From the IMG/VR virus record IMGVR_UViG_3300017700_000931, positions 160,001-224,000 of that record: a DNA stretch of 64,000 nucleotides, one strand, 5' to 3'. A program made the translations under genes and the position numbers. Position 1 is the first letter of the stretch, and each line of letters starts with the position of its first letter. Under the pieces are notes generated by a model that saw nothing but the letters and a program-made list of their open reading frames with translations, had not been told where the DNA came from and did no database searches. Shown one piece after another: positions 1 through 8,090 of this stretch. The stretch is from a virus. Its lineage: Duplodnaviria; Caudoviricetes.

Positions 1-530
1 TCATACCAAGTATTTATTTGTGTTGGGTCTGTTGCCCCGAACCCAATTCTACAACCAATTGACATTCTATCAGTTGTCCAAGAACTACCAGAACCAGTAA
101 CAGCTGTTCCAGATACCTCAACAGTACCAGTAGTATACAATTCTCTTGAAACTCTGAAGCCCCTAATAGTATGGTTTGTTGCGGTTGGGAATGTTAAGGT
201 TACAAAACCCTTCCAGTTGAACTCCGAGGTTTCTTTATTATATTCATACATAATAATTCTTCTCGTTGGTGCCGCAGCTAAGTTATCAGCTAAAAAGACC
301 AAATCAATAGTATCGGAAAAAGAAATAACGTGTGGATATACTCCGGGTATTGCGGTAGATTGTTCAAATGGTCTAGCCATACCAATCCTTGCTGGACCAG
401 CATAAATATCTTCATTAGTAGCACCTGAATATTGTTTAATTAACGTACCTAAATTGGTAACAGTTGAATTATAAGTTGTTATACCAGTTGTTGGTCCATT
501 GAACCTAAAATTTACACCTTTTATTGCCAT
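1..530 (-). CDS. Virion structural / tail-fibre-like protein, 3'-truncated by the window edge
   Basis: Manually translated open frame from ATG at 530 (MAIKGVNFRFNGPTTGITTYNST...VEVSGTAVTGSGSSW...) with no stop to position 1; not in the ORF track; Thr/Gly-rich like its neighbours. Confidence 0.6.
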   Translation of the reverse strand, partial: MAIKGVNFRFNGPTTGITTYNSTVTNLGTLIKQYSGATNEDIYAGPARIGMARPFEQSTAIPGVYPHVISFSDTIDLVFLADNLAAAPTRRIIMYEYNKETSEFNWKGFVTLTFPTATNHTIRGFRVSRELYTTGTVEVSGTAVTGSGSSWTTDRMSIGCRIGFGATDPTQINTWY

Positions 531-531
531 T

Positions 532-1149
532 TTAATTTTTTATAACTTTTATTATTAGATTAATTCTTGAAACAGTTGTTGCACTAACAACATTAAATGC
601 AACTACATCATTTGTAAAGAGTGAAGTCGACCAAGAAGTTAATGTATTGTCTGAATTAATTTGTTGTGAATTTAATCTTGGTTTTTCAGTACCTGTGATG
701 GTATTTACTATTGTTGGTATACTAGGTCCAGTTGATTTCCAAACATCAACCATACAATCACCAGTAGTATTACCAATAATATCCCACCCAATAATTGTGG
801 CATTATATGGCATTACAACGAAACCTTTAACACCATTTGTCAAAACAGAACCTGAACCATCAACAGTAATACCAAAAGTACCTGTCATACCAGTGATGTT
901 AGAGCCATCACCATAAATTGTTGTTGCTGAAAGTGTTGGTACAAATAAAGTACCAGTCATAGTGTCACCAGTTCTAGACACTCTGTCCCAACCTATTGGT
1001 AATATCGAGTTTGAAGTAGTACCGGATGTATATAATTTAACGTCAGCTGTATTTAAGGCCATTTCCCCTAATAGTAAATCACCATTAATTGGTACCTTAC
1101 CAGCAACATTCGAACGTTTCCAAAGAAACGTATTTGACCTATTTGACAT
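532..1149 (-). CDS. Tail-fibre-associated protein with Mtd_N/hyaluronidase-N-like N-terminus
   Basis: N-term KRSNVAGKVP...GEMALNTADVKLY matches the KRS...P...GE.A.NT.D.KLY pattern of phage fibre N-termini. Confidence 0.55.
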   Translation of the reverse strand: MSNRSNTFLWKRSNVAGKVPINGDLLLGEMALNTADVKLYTSGTTSNSILPIGWDRVSRTGDTMTGTLFVPTLSATTIYGDGSNITGMTGTFGITVDGSGSVLTNGVKGFVVMPYNATIIGWDIIGNTTGDCMVDVWKSTGPSIPTIVNTITGTEKPRLNSQQINSDNTLTSWSTSLFTNDVVAFNVVSATTVSRINLIIKVIKN

Positions 1150-1170
1150 ATATATGACCTATTTTACTAC

Positions 1171-1209
1171 GCTCTATAAAGAGCTGAAATTATTTGGGTT
1201 ATAAAACCC
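1171..1209. other. Two adjacent 5-bp hairpins with identical ATAA loops
   Basis: gctct-ataa-agagc (1171-1184) and gggtt-ataa-aaccc (1196-1209), intergenic. Confidence 0.5.
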
Positions 1210-1237
1210 TTTTTTTGTTTTTAAAAATAAAAAATGA

Positions 1238-2371
1238 TTAATAACTACCACCATCTAAGGTATCGAATTCTGCTAACAGTCTAACCCCATTTGGTGTTGT
1301 AGTATTAGTACTTCTAATAACAATATCATGCAATTGTGTAACCCAACCCCTATTTGCAAAGCCAGTTGGCCCTGAGTATTCACTGATATCAGGAATTTGT
1401 GAACCAGTCAGACCAGTGAAACCATTCATTGCTCTAATATCTAAAGTAACATCACCATTTAATACACCATTACCATCTTGAATAGTAAATCCGGCACCGA
1501 TAGAACTTGATGTTGTATCACCAGTAGGATTATAATTAAGAATAATATTATTATCTTCCACATAAAGTTGACCAGTTGATGCAGTAATTGCATTACCAAA
1601 GATAGTTAAATTACCATGAATTGTAACATCACCCGTACCCGGAGTACCGACAGAACCACCAGAACCGACAGTTAAACCACCAGTTCCAACGAACGCATTT
1701 CCAGATGCAGAAGTATTAATATTACCAGTGGTTAATGTATTCGTACCCGCATTATATTCAAATCCAGATTCATCAGTTAATAAACCACCAGTACCAGCAT
1801 ATACAACTCTTCCGGCAGTTAAATTAGATACGGTTAACCCTGTGAGTGTATTAATTAGTATACTTAAATTTGATAAACCTTCATTTTGTCTTATTGTCAA
1901 TGTGTTATTAGTGAAAGTAAACCCAGTAACATATGAATCAGTAATACCAGTGATAGTAACATTTGGTTTACCTTGGTTCAACCTTAGAGTGATATTGTTA
2001 GTTAAATTATTATAAGTACCACCCGTTAAATATGAATCAACACTAACGATTGAACTTATGTCTGCTAATACGAATCCATTTGTTGTTCCAGATAGAAATT
2101 TGCCTATCAATCCAGCACCACTTGTGTCCTCATATTGTGTGATTCTATTTCTAAGTCTTAAATTATATAGATTTGACCCTACTTCAAAAAAACTTGCAGT
2201 TGCCCCAGTACCAGCTGGTGTCCACTCATCAGTTGATGTAGTGACACCAGAATACCATACAATCCCCTCCGCTGTATTTACTATTGGTTCACCAGCAAAT
2301 AATGTTGTTGGCAATGGTCTATTCACTATATCACTATTCCTTGTTATATGAGTAGTATTTCTTATTGCCAT
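1238..2371 (-). CDS. Tail-fibre-like virion protein
   Basis: Mtd_N-like start (GEPIVNTAEGIVWY), YVEDNNIILNY fibre segment, C-terminal LDGGSY; Thr/Gly-rich. Confidence 0.6.
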   Translation of the reverse strand: MAIRNTTHITRNSDIVNRPLPTTLFAGEPIVNTAEGIVWYSGVTTSTDEWTPAGTGATASFFEVGSNLYNLRLRNRITQYEDTSGAGLIGKFLSGTTNGFVLADISSIVSVDSYLTGGTYNNLTNNITLRLNQGKPNVTITGITDSYVTGFTFTNNTLTIRQNEGLSNLSILINTLTGLTVSNLTAGRVVYAGTGGLLTDESGFEYNAGTNTLTTGNINTSASGNAFVGTGGLTVGSGGSVGTPGTGDVTIHGNLTIFGNAITASTGQLYVEDNNIILNYNPTGDTTSSSIGAGFTIQDGNGVLNGDVTLDIRAMNGFTGLTGSQIPDISEYSGPTGFANRGWVTQLHDIVIRSTNTTTPNGVRLLAEFDTLDGGSY

Positions 2372-2385
2372 GTTTTCTTTTTTTA

Positions 2386-2392
2386 ATAAATA
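2386..2392 (-). promoter_or_regulatory. Putative late promoter TATTTAT
   Basis: 14 nt upstream of ATG 2371. Confidence 0.55.
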
Positions 2393-2404
2393 TTAGTTTA
2401 TCGA

Positions 2405-2806
2405 TTAATATCCGCCCCCGAATAAAATATCATTTTGAAGTATTGAATTATTAGCTGTTATTTGCCTAGTATTACCAGAAGAATCAAGACCTAAGTCAAG
2501 CATTGGTGTTTCAACTCTAGTTTGAGCTACCCAAACACTGGTTGTACCGCTGACTGAATTTAATTCTCTAAATCTTCTAATATTATTACCAATATTAATC
2601 GTATTATCAGTAATTGGTAATAAATCAGTATTGAATATTGTTGCTCCACTAGTTAATAGTATTTCGGTATCACCACTACAACTTTCAACTTTATTAGTAT
2701 AAACAACCGTACATGCAGATACGACTGGTGAACCACCAGTTATTGAAAGAGGTTCGATTATGAACGTCTTATTTATGTTAGTTGTATTATTACCTCCGCA
2801 GCTCAT
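2405..2806 (-). CDS. Small virion structural protein
   Basis: Fibre-like segment (LLPITDNTINIG...RFREL), C-terminal LFGGGY; lies in the neck/tail cluster. Confidence 0.45.
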   Translation of the reverse strand: MSCGGNNTTNINKTFIIEPLSITGGSPVVSACTVVYTNKVESCSGDTEILLTSGATIFNTDLLPITDNTINIGNNIRRFRELNSVSGTTSVWVAQTRVETPMLDLGLDSSGNTRQITANNSILQNDILFGGGY

Positions 2807-3844
2807 TTATATCAAATTTCCTGTTAGTGAAAAACTACCAGTATTGTTAAAATCTTTCGTTATATGAATATAAATAACATCCCCTGATGTTACAACAAAT
2901 GGGGCAGTCACATCAGACCCATTAACCTTAATCACAATATTCGTAATATTTGTAATATTAATAAGGTTTGTGAATCTAATATCATATTCAGCATCAATAG
3001 TAAGAGTAGTTTCAGCCATAGGTTTGAAAACAAAACTATAGTTCACAATATTTGTATCCCTATCACATGTTACTCTTACCCTAGGTTTTAAATTAGATTC
3101 AAGTAGTTCTGTAACCAATAAAGCTCTATTGAGTGTTGGAACCACTTCAAAGTCGTCTTCATCTAATAAATAACCCAATAATTTCATTTCGAATAATTGA
3201 ACATAAAATCTTCTGTTTTCAAAATCATCAACAGGACTTTCATCACCTCTACTCTCAAAATGAACTGGCATTGGATGTCCATTGGGTGAAATATAATGTT
3301 GTCTAGATTGAAATTTTTTTTGTACGATTTTATCTAATTTATTTAAATCTCTCATTCGATTACAAAATAATCTAATTTCGTATGTAACATCAACAGATGT
3401 CGGTTGTGGTATTTTGTATAAATCGATTCCTTTTCTACCACTTTCAAATGTTGGTACCTTAACGTAAGTATAACTTCTTCTACCTTGAGGTATGTTCCAA
3501 TTTCCAGCTTGATTAGTACCAACCTGAACATCCGGTTTTCTAACAATCGTAATAAATGGTAATTTAATATCTTTAAACTCATCTGAGTGTTGCCATGTTT
3601 TACTAAATTCTGACCACCTTTGAATTGTTAAGAAAATGACTGGCACCTTCTCACCATCAATAACAATCATTAAATCCTTATCAACAAAATCGATGAATGA
3701 TTTATCCATATCTTCGAATCCAACCCCCCTAGGTAAAAAAGTACCTTGATTGGCTATATCATCCAATAATTCTTGTCTTCTTTCAGGACCAACTTTTTGT
3801 TTGGTTATCTTAATATTTTTTAAAAATCCTTTTGGTAATGGCAT
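2807..3844 (-). CDS. Tail completion / sheath terminator protein (T4 gp15-like)
   Basis: KVPVIF...QRW...IKLPFITI.R...P.PTSVDVTYEIRLF pattern; adjacent to a gp14-like gene. Confidence 0.55.
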   Translation of the reverse strand: MPLPKGFLKNIKITKQKVGPERRQELLDDIANQGTFLPRGVGFEDMDKSFIDFVDKDLMIVIDGEKVPVIFLTIQRWSEFSKTWQHSDEFKDIKLPFITIVRKPDVQVGTNQAGNWNIPQGRRSYTYVKVPTFESGRKGIDLYKIPQPTSVDVTYEIRLFCNRMRDLNKLDKIVQKKFQSRQHYISPNGHPMPVHFESRGDESPVDDFENRRFYVQLFEMKLLGYLLDEDDFEVVPTLNRALLVTELLESNLKPRVRVTCDRDTNIVNYSFVFKPMAETTLTIDAEYDIRFTNLINITNITNIVIKVNGSDVTAPFVVTSGDVIYIHITKDFNNTGSFSLTGNLI

Positions 3845-3856
3845 AATTTACTGAGA

Positions 3857-4381
3857 TTAAATTCCACGAAATTCTGATGGGTCAGTTGGTGCACAAACAA
3901 CAGTCCTAAATGCCCCCTTATAACCCATAATAGTATGTTTGTTATCATAGTTCTTTCTTCCGTCGTTTACCACCACGAAATATCTAATCTCAGTTTCTGT
4001 TACAGGATAACCAATGTAATCCCCAAAGCTTATGTCTGTATCAAATTCACCTAATTGCTCTTCATAGATACCGAAGGTGAATTGACCATCTTGTAAATAC
4101 CTAAGACTTCCGGCAGTTTGGTTATATGTTTTATTATCCGGTGCAGCCATTATAGGTACAACTCTTAATTCAATTGGTGGGAAATATCTAATATCATCTT
4201 TACCAGCTTCACCATAAAGGTCATCTGAAGCAGTTTGTTCTCTATCAACCCTATAAAGGATAACCATGAAATTACCATCACCCTCAATAGCTTCTCTACC
4301 CATTTCAATTTCTAACCTGAAATCTTCATGACCAAAAAATTTATTAATCCTCGTAATTGGTATTTTCTTCTCCCCTGACAT
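3857..4381 (-). CDS. Neck / head-closure protein (T4 gp14-like)
   Basis: E..REAIE..G..V.LY.V......DDLYGE pattern typical of gp14-like neck proteins. Confidence 0.55.
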   Translation of the reverse strand: MSGEKKIPITRINKFFGHEDFRLEIEMGREAIEGDGNFMVILYRVDREQTASDDLYGEAGKDDIRYFPPIELRVVPIMAAPDNKTYNQTAGSLRYLQDGQFTFGIYEEQLGEFDTDISFGDYIGYPVTETEIRYFVVVNDGRKNYDNKHTIMGYKGAFRTVVCAPTDPSEFRGI

Positions 4382-4393
4382 AGTCTTTTTTAG

Positions 4394-4400
4394 ATAAATA
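4394..4400 (-). promoter_or_regulatory. Putative late promoter TATTTAT
   Basis: 12 nt upstream of ATG 4381. Confidence 0.55.
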
Positions 4401-4429
4401 TTTGTTATATTATAAATAACATCGAACTA

Positions 4430-4458
4430 TTGATTTTTATCTTTAAAATCATTATAAT
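4430..4458 (+). promoter_or_regulatory. Sigma70-type promoter for the helicase
   Basis: TTGATT(4430-4435)-17 nt-TATAAT(4453-4458). Confidence 0.6.
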
Positions 4459-4494
4459 TAAATAAATAACGAAAGAATTAAAAATCTGTGTATT

Positions 4495-6333
4495 GTGATA
4501 GATTTGAATGACCTTAAAAGTCGGTCAGCAATAAATCTTCTAAATGAGTACAATGGGAAAAACCCATATTTACGAAAATTGAAGCTTGAATACTTGAATA
4601 ATAAGAATCTTAGATTAACTGAGAATCAAACAAGGTATATTGTAGACTTCCATGATAAAGAACCAGAATTAATCAATAAAGTGGTTAATATTACTCAATT
4701 TTTGGGTGAAGAGTTGAAAAAACAAAATGATTTAACCTTTACCCCAGAAAGGATATTAGTTGAATTTATGTTAGCTGATACTGAAAAAACATTTCATGTT
4801 TATGGTAAATTGAAAAGAAATCAGCCAAAATCAAAATCTTATTGGTTACCAAAAACACAAGTTCTAGATGACCCATATCATGAGGAAATAAATATTGATG
4901 TAGATTTCGATAAATGGACCAGCATTGATAAGCAAAAAAGAAAACCATTTGAACACCAAAAAAGTGGTGTTAAATTCTTACTATCTAAAAATGGTTGCAT
5001 ATTAGCAGATGATATGGGTCTAGGAAAGACTTATACAGCTATTATGGCCGCATTAGAAAGCAATGTGGAACGTATCCTTATAGTTTGTCCATCTGCGGTT
5101 AAAATCAACTGGGAGAGAGAAATTAATGATTTTGACGATAACACAACAATTGTTAATGGAAAAAAATGGAATAGAAGTAAATTCACTATCATAAATTATG
5201 ATATTTTAAAAAACTTCCATACCATTGGTGATGCAAAAACTGATGCTGACGGTCATATTATTGAGTTCAATAGGGAATTAGTTAATTCTAAATTCGATTT
5301 GGTGATTATTGATGAGGCACATTATTTAAAAAATCACAAAAGTATTCGTGGTGAAATCATGGTAGACTTATGTGTGAAACATAATGTCGAAAAGGTTTGG
5401 TTACTAACCGGAACCCCCATTGCTAATAGGCCAATGGATTTTTATAATTTATTAAAATTAATCAAAGCTCCAATTGCTGATAACTGGAAATTCTTTGCAC
5501 AAAGGTATTGTGATGGAAAAAGATTTTACAAAACAGTTAGGGGTAGAAAACGTCAAATATGGCTTACCGATGGTGCATCCAATCTAGAGGAATTATCAAT
5601 TAAAACTAGAAATATTATCCTAAGAAGGAAAAAAGAGGATGTTTTGGATATGCCGGATAAAACCGTCGGAACAATTTATCAAGAATTGGATAAAAAGGGA
5701 TTGAAAAAATATGAAGACCTCTGGGAAGAGTATTTGGAAAAACGTATTGAGGAAAAGAAAAGAGGAACACCGGATAAAGATTTGGTTGAATTAATTCTTT
5801 TAAGAAAATTTATTGCTCTAGAAGCAATACCATACACTATAGAGTTAGCTGAAAACGCTGTTGAGCAAGGTCAAAAGGTGATAATATTCACAAGCTTTAC
5901 TGATGAATTAAATGAATTAGCAAATCATTTTGGTACTAAGTGTGTTGTTCATAATGGACCTATGTCTCAAGTAGCGAAACAAAATAGTGTTGATTCATTT
6001 CAAAATAATCCGAACATACAATATTTTATTGGTAACATTAGGTCTGCTGGGGTTGGTATTACTTTAACTGCTGCAAACTATGTTATATTTAATTCATTTG
6101 ATTGGGTACCCGGAAACAATGAACAAGCTGAAGACCGTGCATACCGTATTGGTCAAAAGAATAATGTTACTGTGAAATACCAATTATTTAAAGATACCAT
6201 CAGTACAAAAATGTGGTGGACTCTAAATAAGAAAAAAGATATCATTTCAACAATCATCGGTGAGAAAGAAATGGATGAAGCTGAAATTGAAAGAAGAATA
6301 ATAGATGAATCAATTAAAATCGATGAAGACTAA
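4495..6333 (+). CDS. SNF2-family (SMARCAL1/HARP-like) helicase
   Basis: LADDMGLGKT (motif I), IIDEAHYLKN (DEAH), LLTGTPIANRP, AGVGITLTAA, QAEDRAYRIGQ; GTG start. Confidence 0.92.
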   Translation: MIDLNDLKSRSAINLLNEYNGKNPYLRKLKLEYLNNKNLRLTENQTRYIVDFHDKEPELINKVVNITQFLGEELKKQNDLTFTPERILVEFMLADTEKTFHVYGKLKRNQPKSKSYWLPKTQVLDDPYHEEINIDVDFDKWTSIDKQKRKPFEHQKSGVKFLLSKNGCILADDMGLGKTYTAIMAALESNVERILIVCPSAVKINWEREINDFDDNTTIVNGKKWNRSKFTIINYDILKNFHTIGDAKTDADGHIIEFNRELVNSKFDLVIIDEAHYLKNHKSIRGEIMVDLCVKHNVEKVWLLTGTPIANRPMDFYNLLKLIKAPIADNWKFFAQRYCDGKRFYKTVRGRKRQIWLTDGASNLEELSIKTRNIILRRKKEDVLDMPDKTVGTIYQELDKKGLKKYEDLWEEYLEKRIEEKKRGTPDKDLVELILLRKFIALEAIPYTIELAENAVEQGQKVIIFTSFTDELNELANHFGTKCVVHNGPMSQVAKQNSVDSFQNNPNIQYFIGNIRSAGVGITLTAANYVIFNSFDWVPGNNEQAEDRAYRIGQKNNVTVKYQLFKDTISTKMWWTLNKKKDIISTIIGEKEMDEAEIERRIIDESIKIDED

Positions 6334-6589
6334 AGTTTATACAATACCGAAATGTCCATACTGCTCTAAATTGAAGACCTTATTGGATGAAATGAACATA
6401 GAATATGAAACAATTGATGTTTCATTAGATGAACATGAAGAAGAATTTAAAAAATTGATGGAGATATCAGGAAGTGATTCTGTCCCAATGATTACTGTTG
6501 GAGTTAATCTATTAGCCCCAGATGTGAATTTTTCATCAATAGACCAAGCAGCTAAATTAATTAAGTACATTCTAGAAAACGAATCTTAA
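6323..6589 (+). CDS. Glutaredoxin
   Basis: CPYC active site and SVP cis-Pro motif; start moved to the second Met. Confidence 0.85.
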   Translation: MKTKVYTIPKCPYCSKLKTLLDEMNIEYETIDVSLDEHEEEFKKLMEISGSDSVPMITVGVNLLAPDVNFSSIDQAAKLIKYILENES

Positions 6590-6882
6590 ACAGCGTCTTC
6601 GTATCCGGTTGAATAATCATTCATTAGACTTTGCAGATGAGAAATGATTGTTGGTTCAGTTACCTCAAATGAACTACTAGTGTCACTTGGTCTACCTAAC
6701 ATTTCTTTAATGGCCTCTAATCGTTGTCTAATCTCAGGATTATCACAATATTGTATTGCCATTTCCATTTCTCGATAAGCATCAAATAAGTGATTGGCGG
6801 CTTTATTAATAATACCGTATGTCACTGTTTGCCTCTTATGAAGTTCAAGTTTTTCTTTTATCAATCTCTTAGTTTCCATCAT
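6586..6882 (-). CDS. Hypothetical protein
   Basis: 98-aa ORF filling the gap between the glutaredoxin and neck genes. Confidence 0.6.
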   Translation of the reverse strand: MMETKRLIKEKLELHKRQTVTYGIINKAANHLFDAYREMEMAIQYCDNPEIRQRLEAIKEMLGRPSDTSSSFEVTEPTIISHLQSLMNDYSTGYEDAV

Positions 6883-6884
6883 TA

Positions 6885-6896
6885 ATAAATATTTAT
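6885..6896. promoter_or_regulatory. Palindromic double TATTTAT site between divergent genes
   Basis: ATAAATATTTAT carries the motif on both strands; 17 nt upstream of ATG 6914. Confidence 0.5.
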
Positions 6897-6913
6897 AAAA
6901 AAAGGAAAGAACT

Positions 6914-8059
6914 ATGGGCGTAAATACTGAAGATAAAGATAAAATATTCAGACAGTTTAGACATTCAATGGGGTCACCCCACAGAATGGTTGAATTAGAT
7001 GATGACCAATTAAGTACGTTTCTTGAAATTGCAATTGAAGATTATGCTCAATATGTTCAAGAATGGTTGATTGAACATCAATGGCAATCATTATTAGGTC
7101 AAAATATTGATACAATTGATATGGCATTCGCAATGAGTGTTAGAAATTTCGATTTCATGACCCAATATACTTATGCTTATTCCAAACAAGTTGGATTACA
7201 AGCTAGGGGTCCTTGGGAACTTAAAAAAGATTACATTGATATTGAACTTGGTCGTCAGGTTTATCAAATTCCAGCTGGAAGAGAAGTGAATGAAGTTTTA
7301 TGGTTGACACCAGGTTCGGTAGACCATGCATTATATGCACATTACGGTGGTTTTGATGCTGGTTTTGGTGGTGGATATGCACAAATTGGTAGTGGTACAG
7401 GAATGGGAGCTCAAGGTGGTATGGGCGGAATGGGTGGTTATTACATTGCACCTGCATTCGATATTTTATTAACTGCTGCTGACATGAATTTAAAAAATAG
7501 AATGTTAAGAAGTGATTTAGTATATAAATTAACTGCCGGACCAGATGGAACTAGATTATTACATTTATTGAGTACTCCGGGTTCTAAATTAACATTTGGT
7601 AATGGTGGAGCCCATGGTGGTAGTGCAGTCGGTTTACAAGGCTGTAAAGTTTGGTATTTTTATTATGATACTAGTGGGAACACAAATGAATGTAGATTAG
7701 ATAACCCTGATATTATCAAATTGCCTAACGAAGTTCCATTATCTAAATTAGATTTTTCTGAATTTAATGAACCAACAAAAACATTAGTTAGACAATTATT
7801 TATGGCAAACGCTAAAATTGCGTTAGGTAGGACCAGAGGTAAATTTGGTGGTGTTGTTGGGCCACCAGAAGCTGAGAGAACAATGGATTATGAATCATTG
7901 TTGTCTGAAGGTAATGACGAAAAGAAAGCAGTGTTGGAAAGACTAGATGAGCGATTAGCTAGGTTAAGTACTGAGAAACAAATAGAAAGAGCTGCTAAAG
8001 AATCTGAAGATTTAAATAGACACTTAAAATTTAGACCATTAGGTTTTTATTTCAAATAA
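6914..8059 (+). CDS. Neck / head completion protein (T4 gp13-like)
   Basis: MGSP...VELDDDQL...EIAIEDY resembles the gp13 N-terminus LG.P...VE....QI; Gly-rich insert. Confidence 0.7.
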   Translation: MGVNTEDKDKIFRQFRHSMGSPHRMVELDDDQLSTFLEIAIEDYAQYVQEWLIEHQWQSLLGQNIDTIDMAFAMSVRNFDFMTQYTYAYSKQVGLQARGPWELKKDYIDIELGRQVYQIPAGREVNEVLWLTPGSVDHALYAHYGGFDAGFGGGYAQIGSGTGMGAQGGMGGMGGYYIAPAFDILLTAADMNLKNRMLRSDLVYKLTAGPDGTRLLHLLSTPGSKLTFGNGGAHGGSAVGLQGCKVWYFYYDTSGNTNECRLDNPDIIKLPNEVPLSKLDFSEFNEPTKTLVRQLFMANAKIALGRTRGKFGGVVGPPEAERTMDYESLLSEGNDEKKAVLERLDERLARLSTEKQIERAAKESEDLNRHLKFRPLGFYFK

Positions 8060-8089
8060 AAAAGGAGGCAAATATTTGCCTCCTTTTTT
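8058..8089. terminator. Bidirectional intrinsic terminator
   Basis: Perfect 32-bp palindrome aaaaaaggaggcaaat/atttgcctcctttttt between convergent genes. Confidence 0.85.
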
Positions 8090-8090
8090 G

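Noticed and set aside
2804-2809. In-frame TAA-ATG junction between the gp15-like gene and the next ORF (possible readthrough fusion)
   Set aside because: Abutting stop/start junctions are common in this genome, TAA is the least leaky stop, and no readthrough signal is visible.
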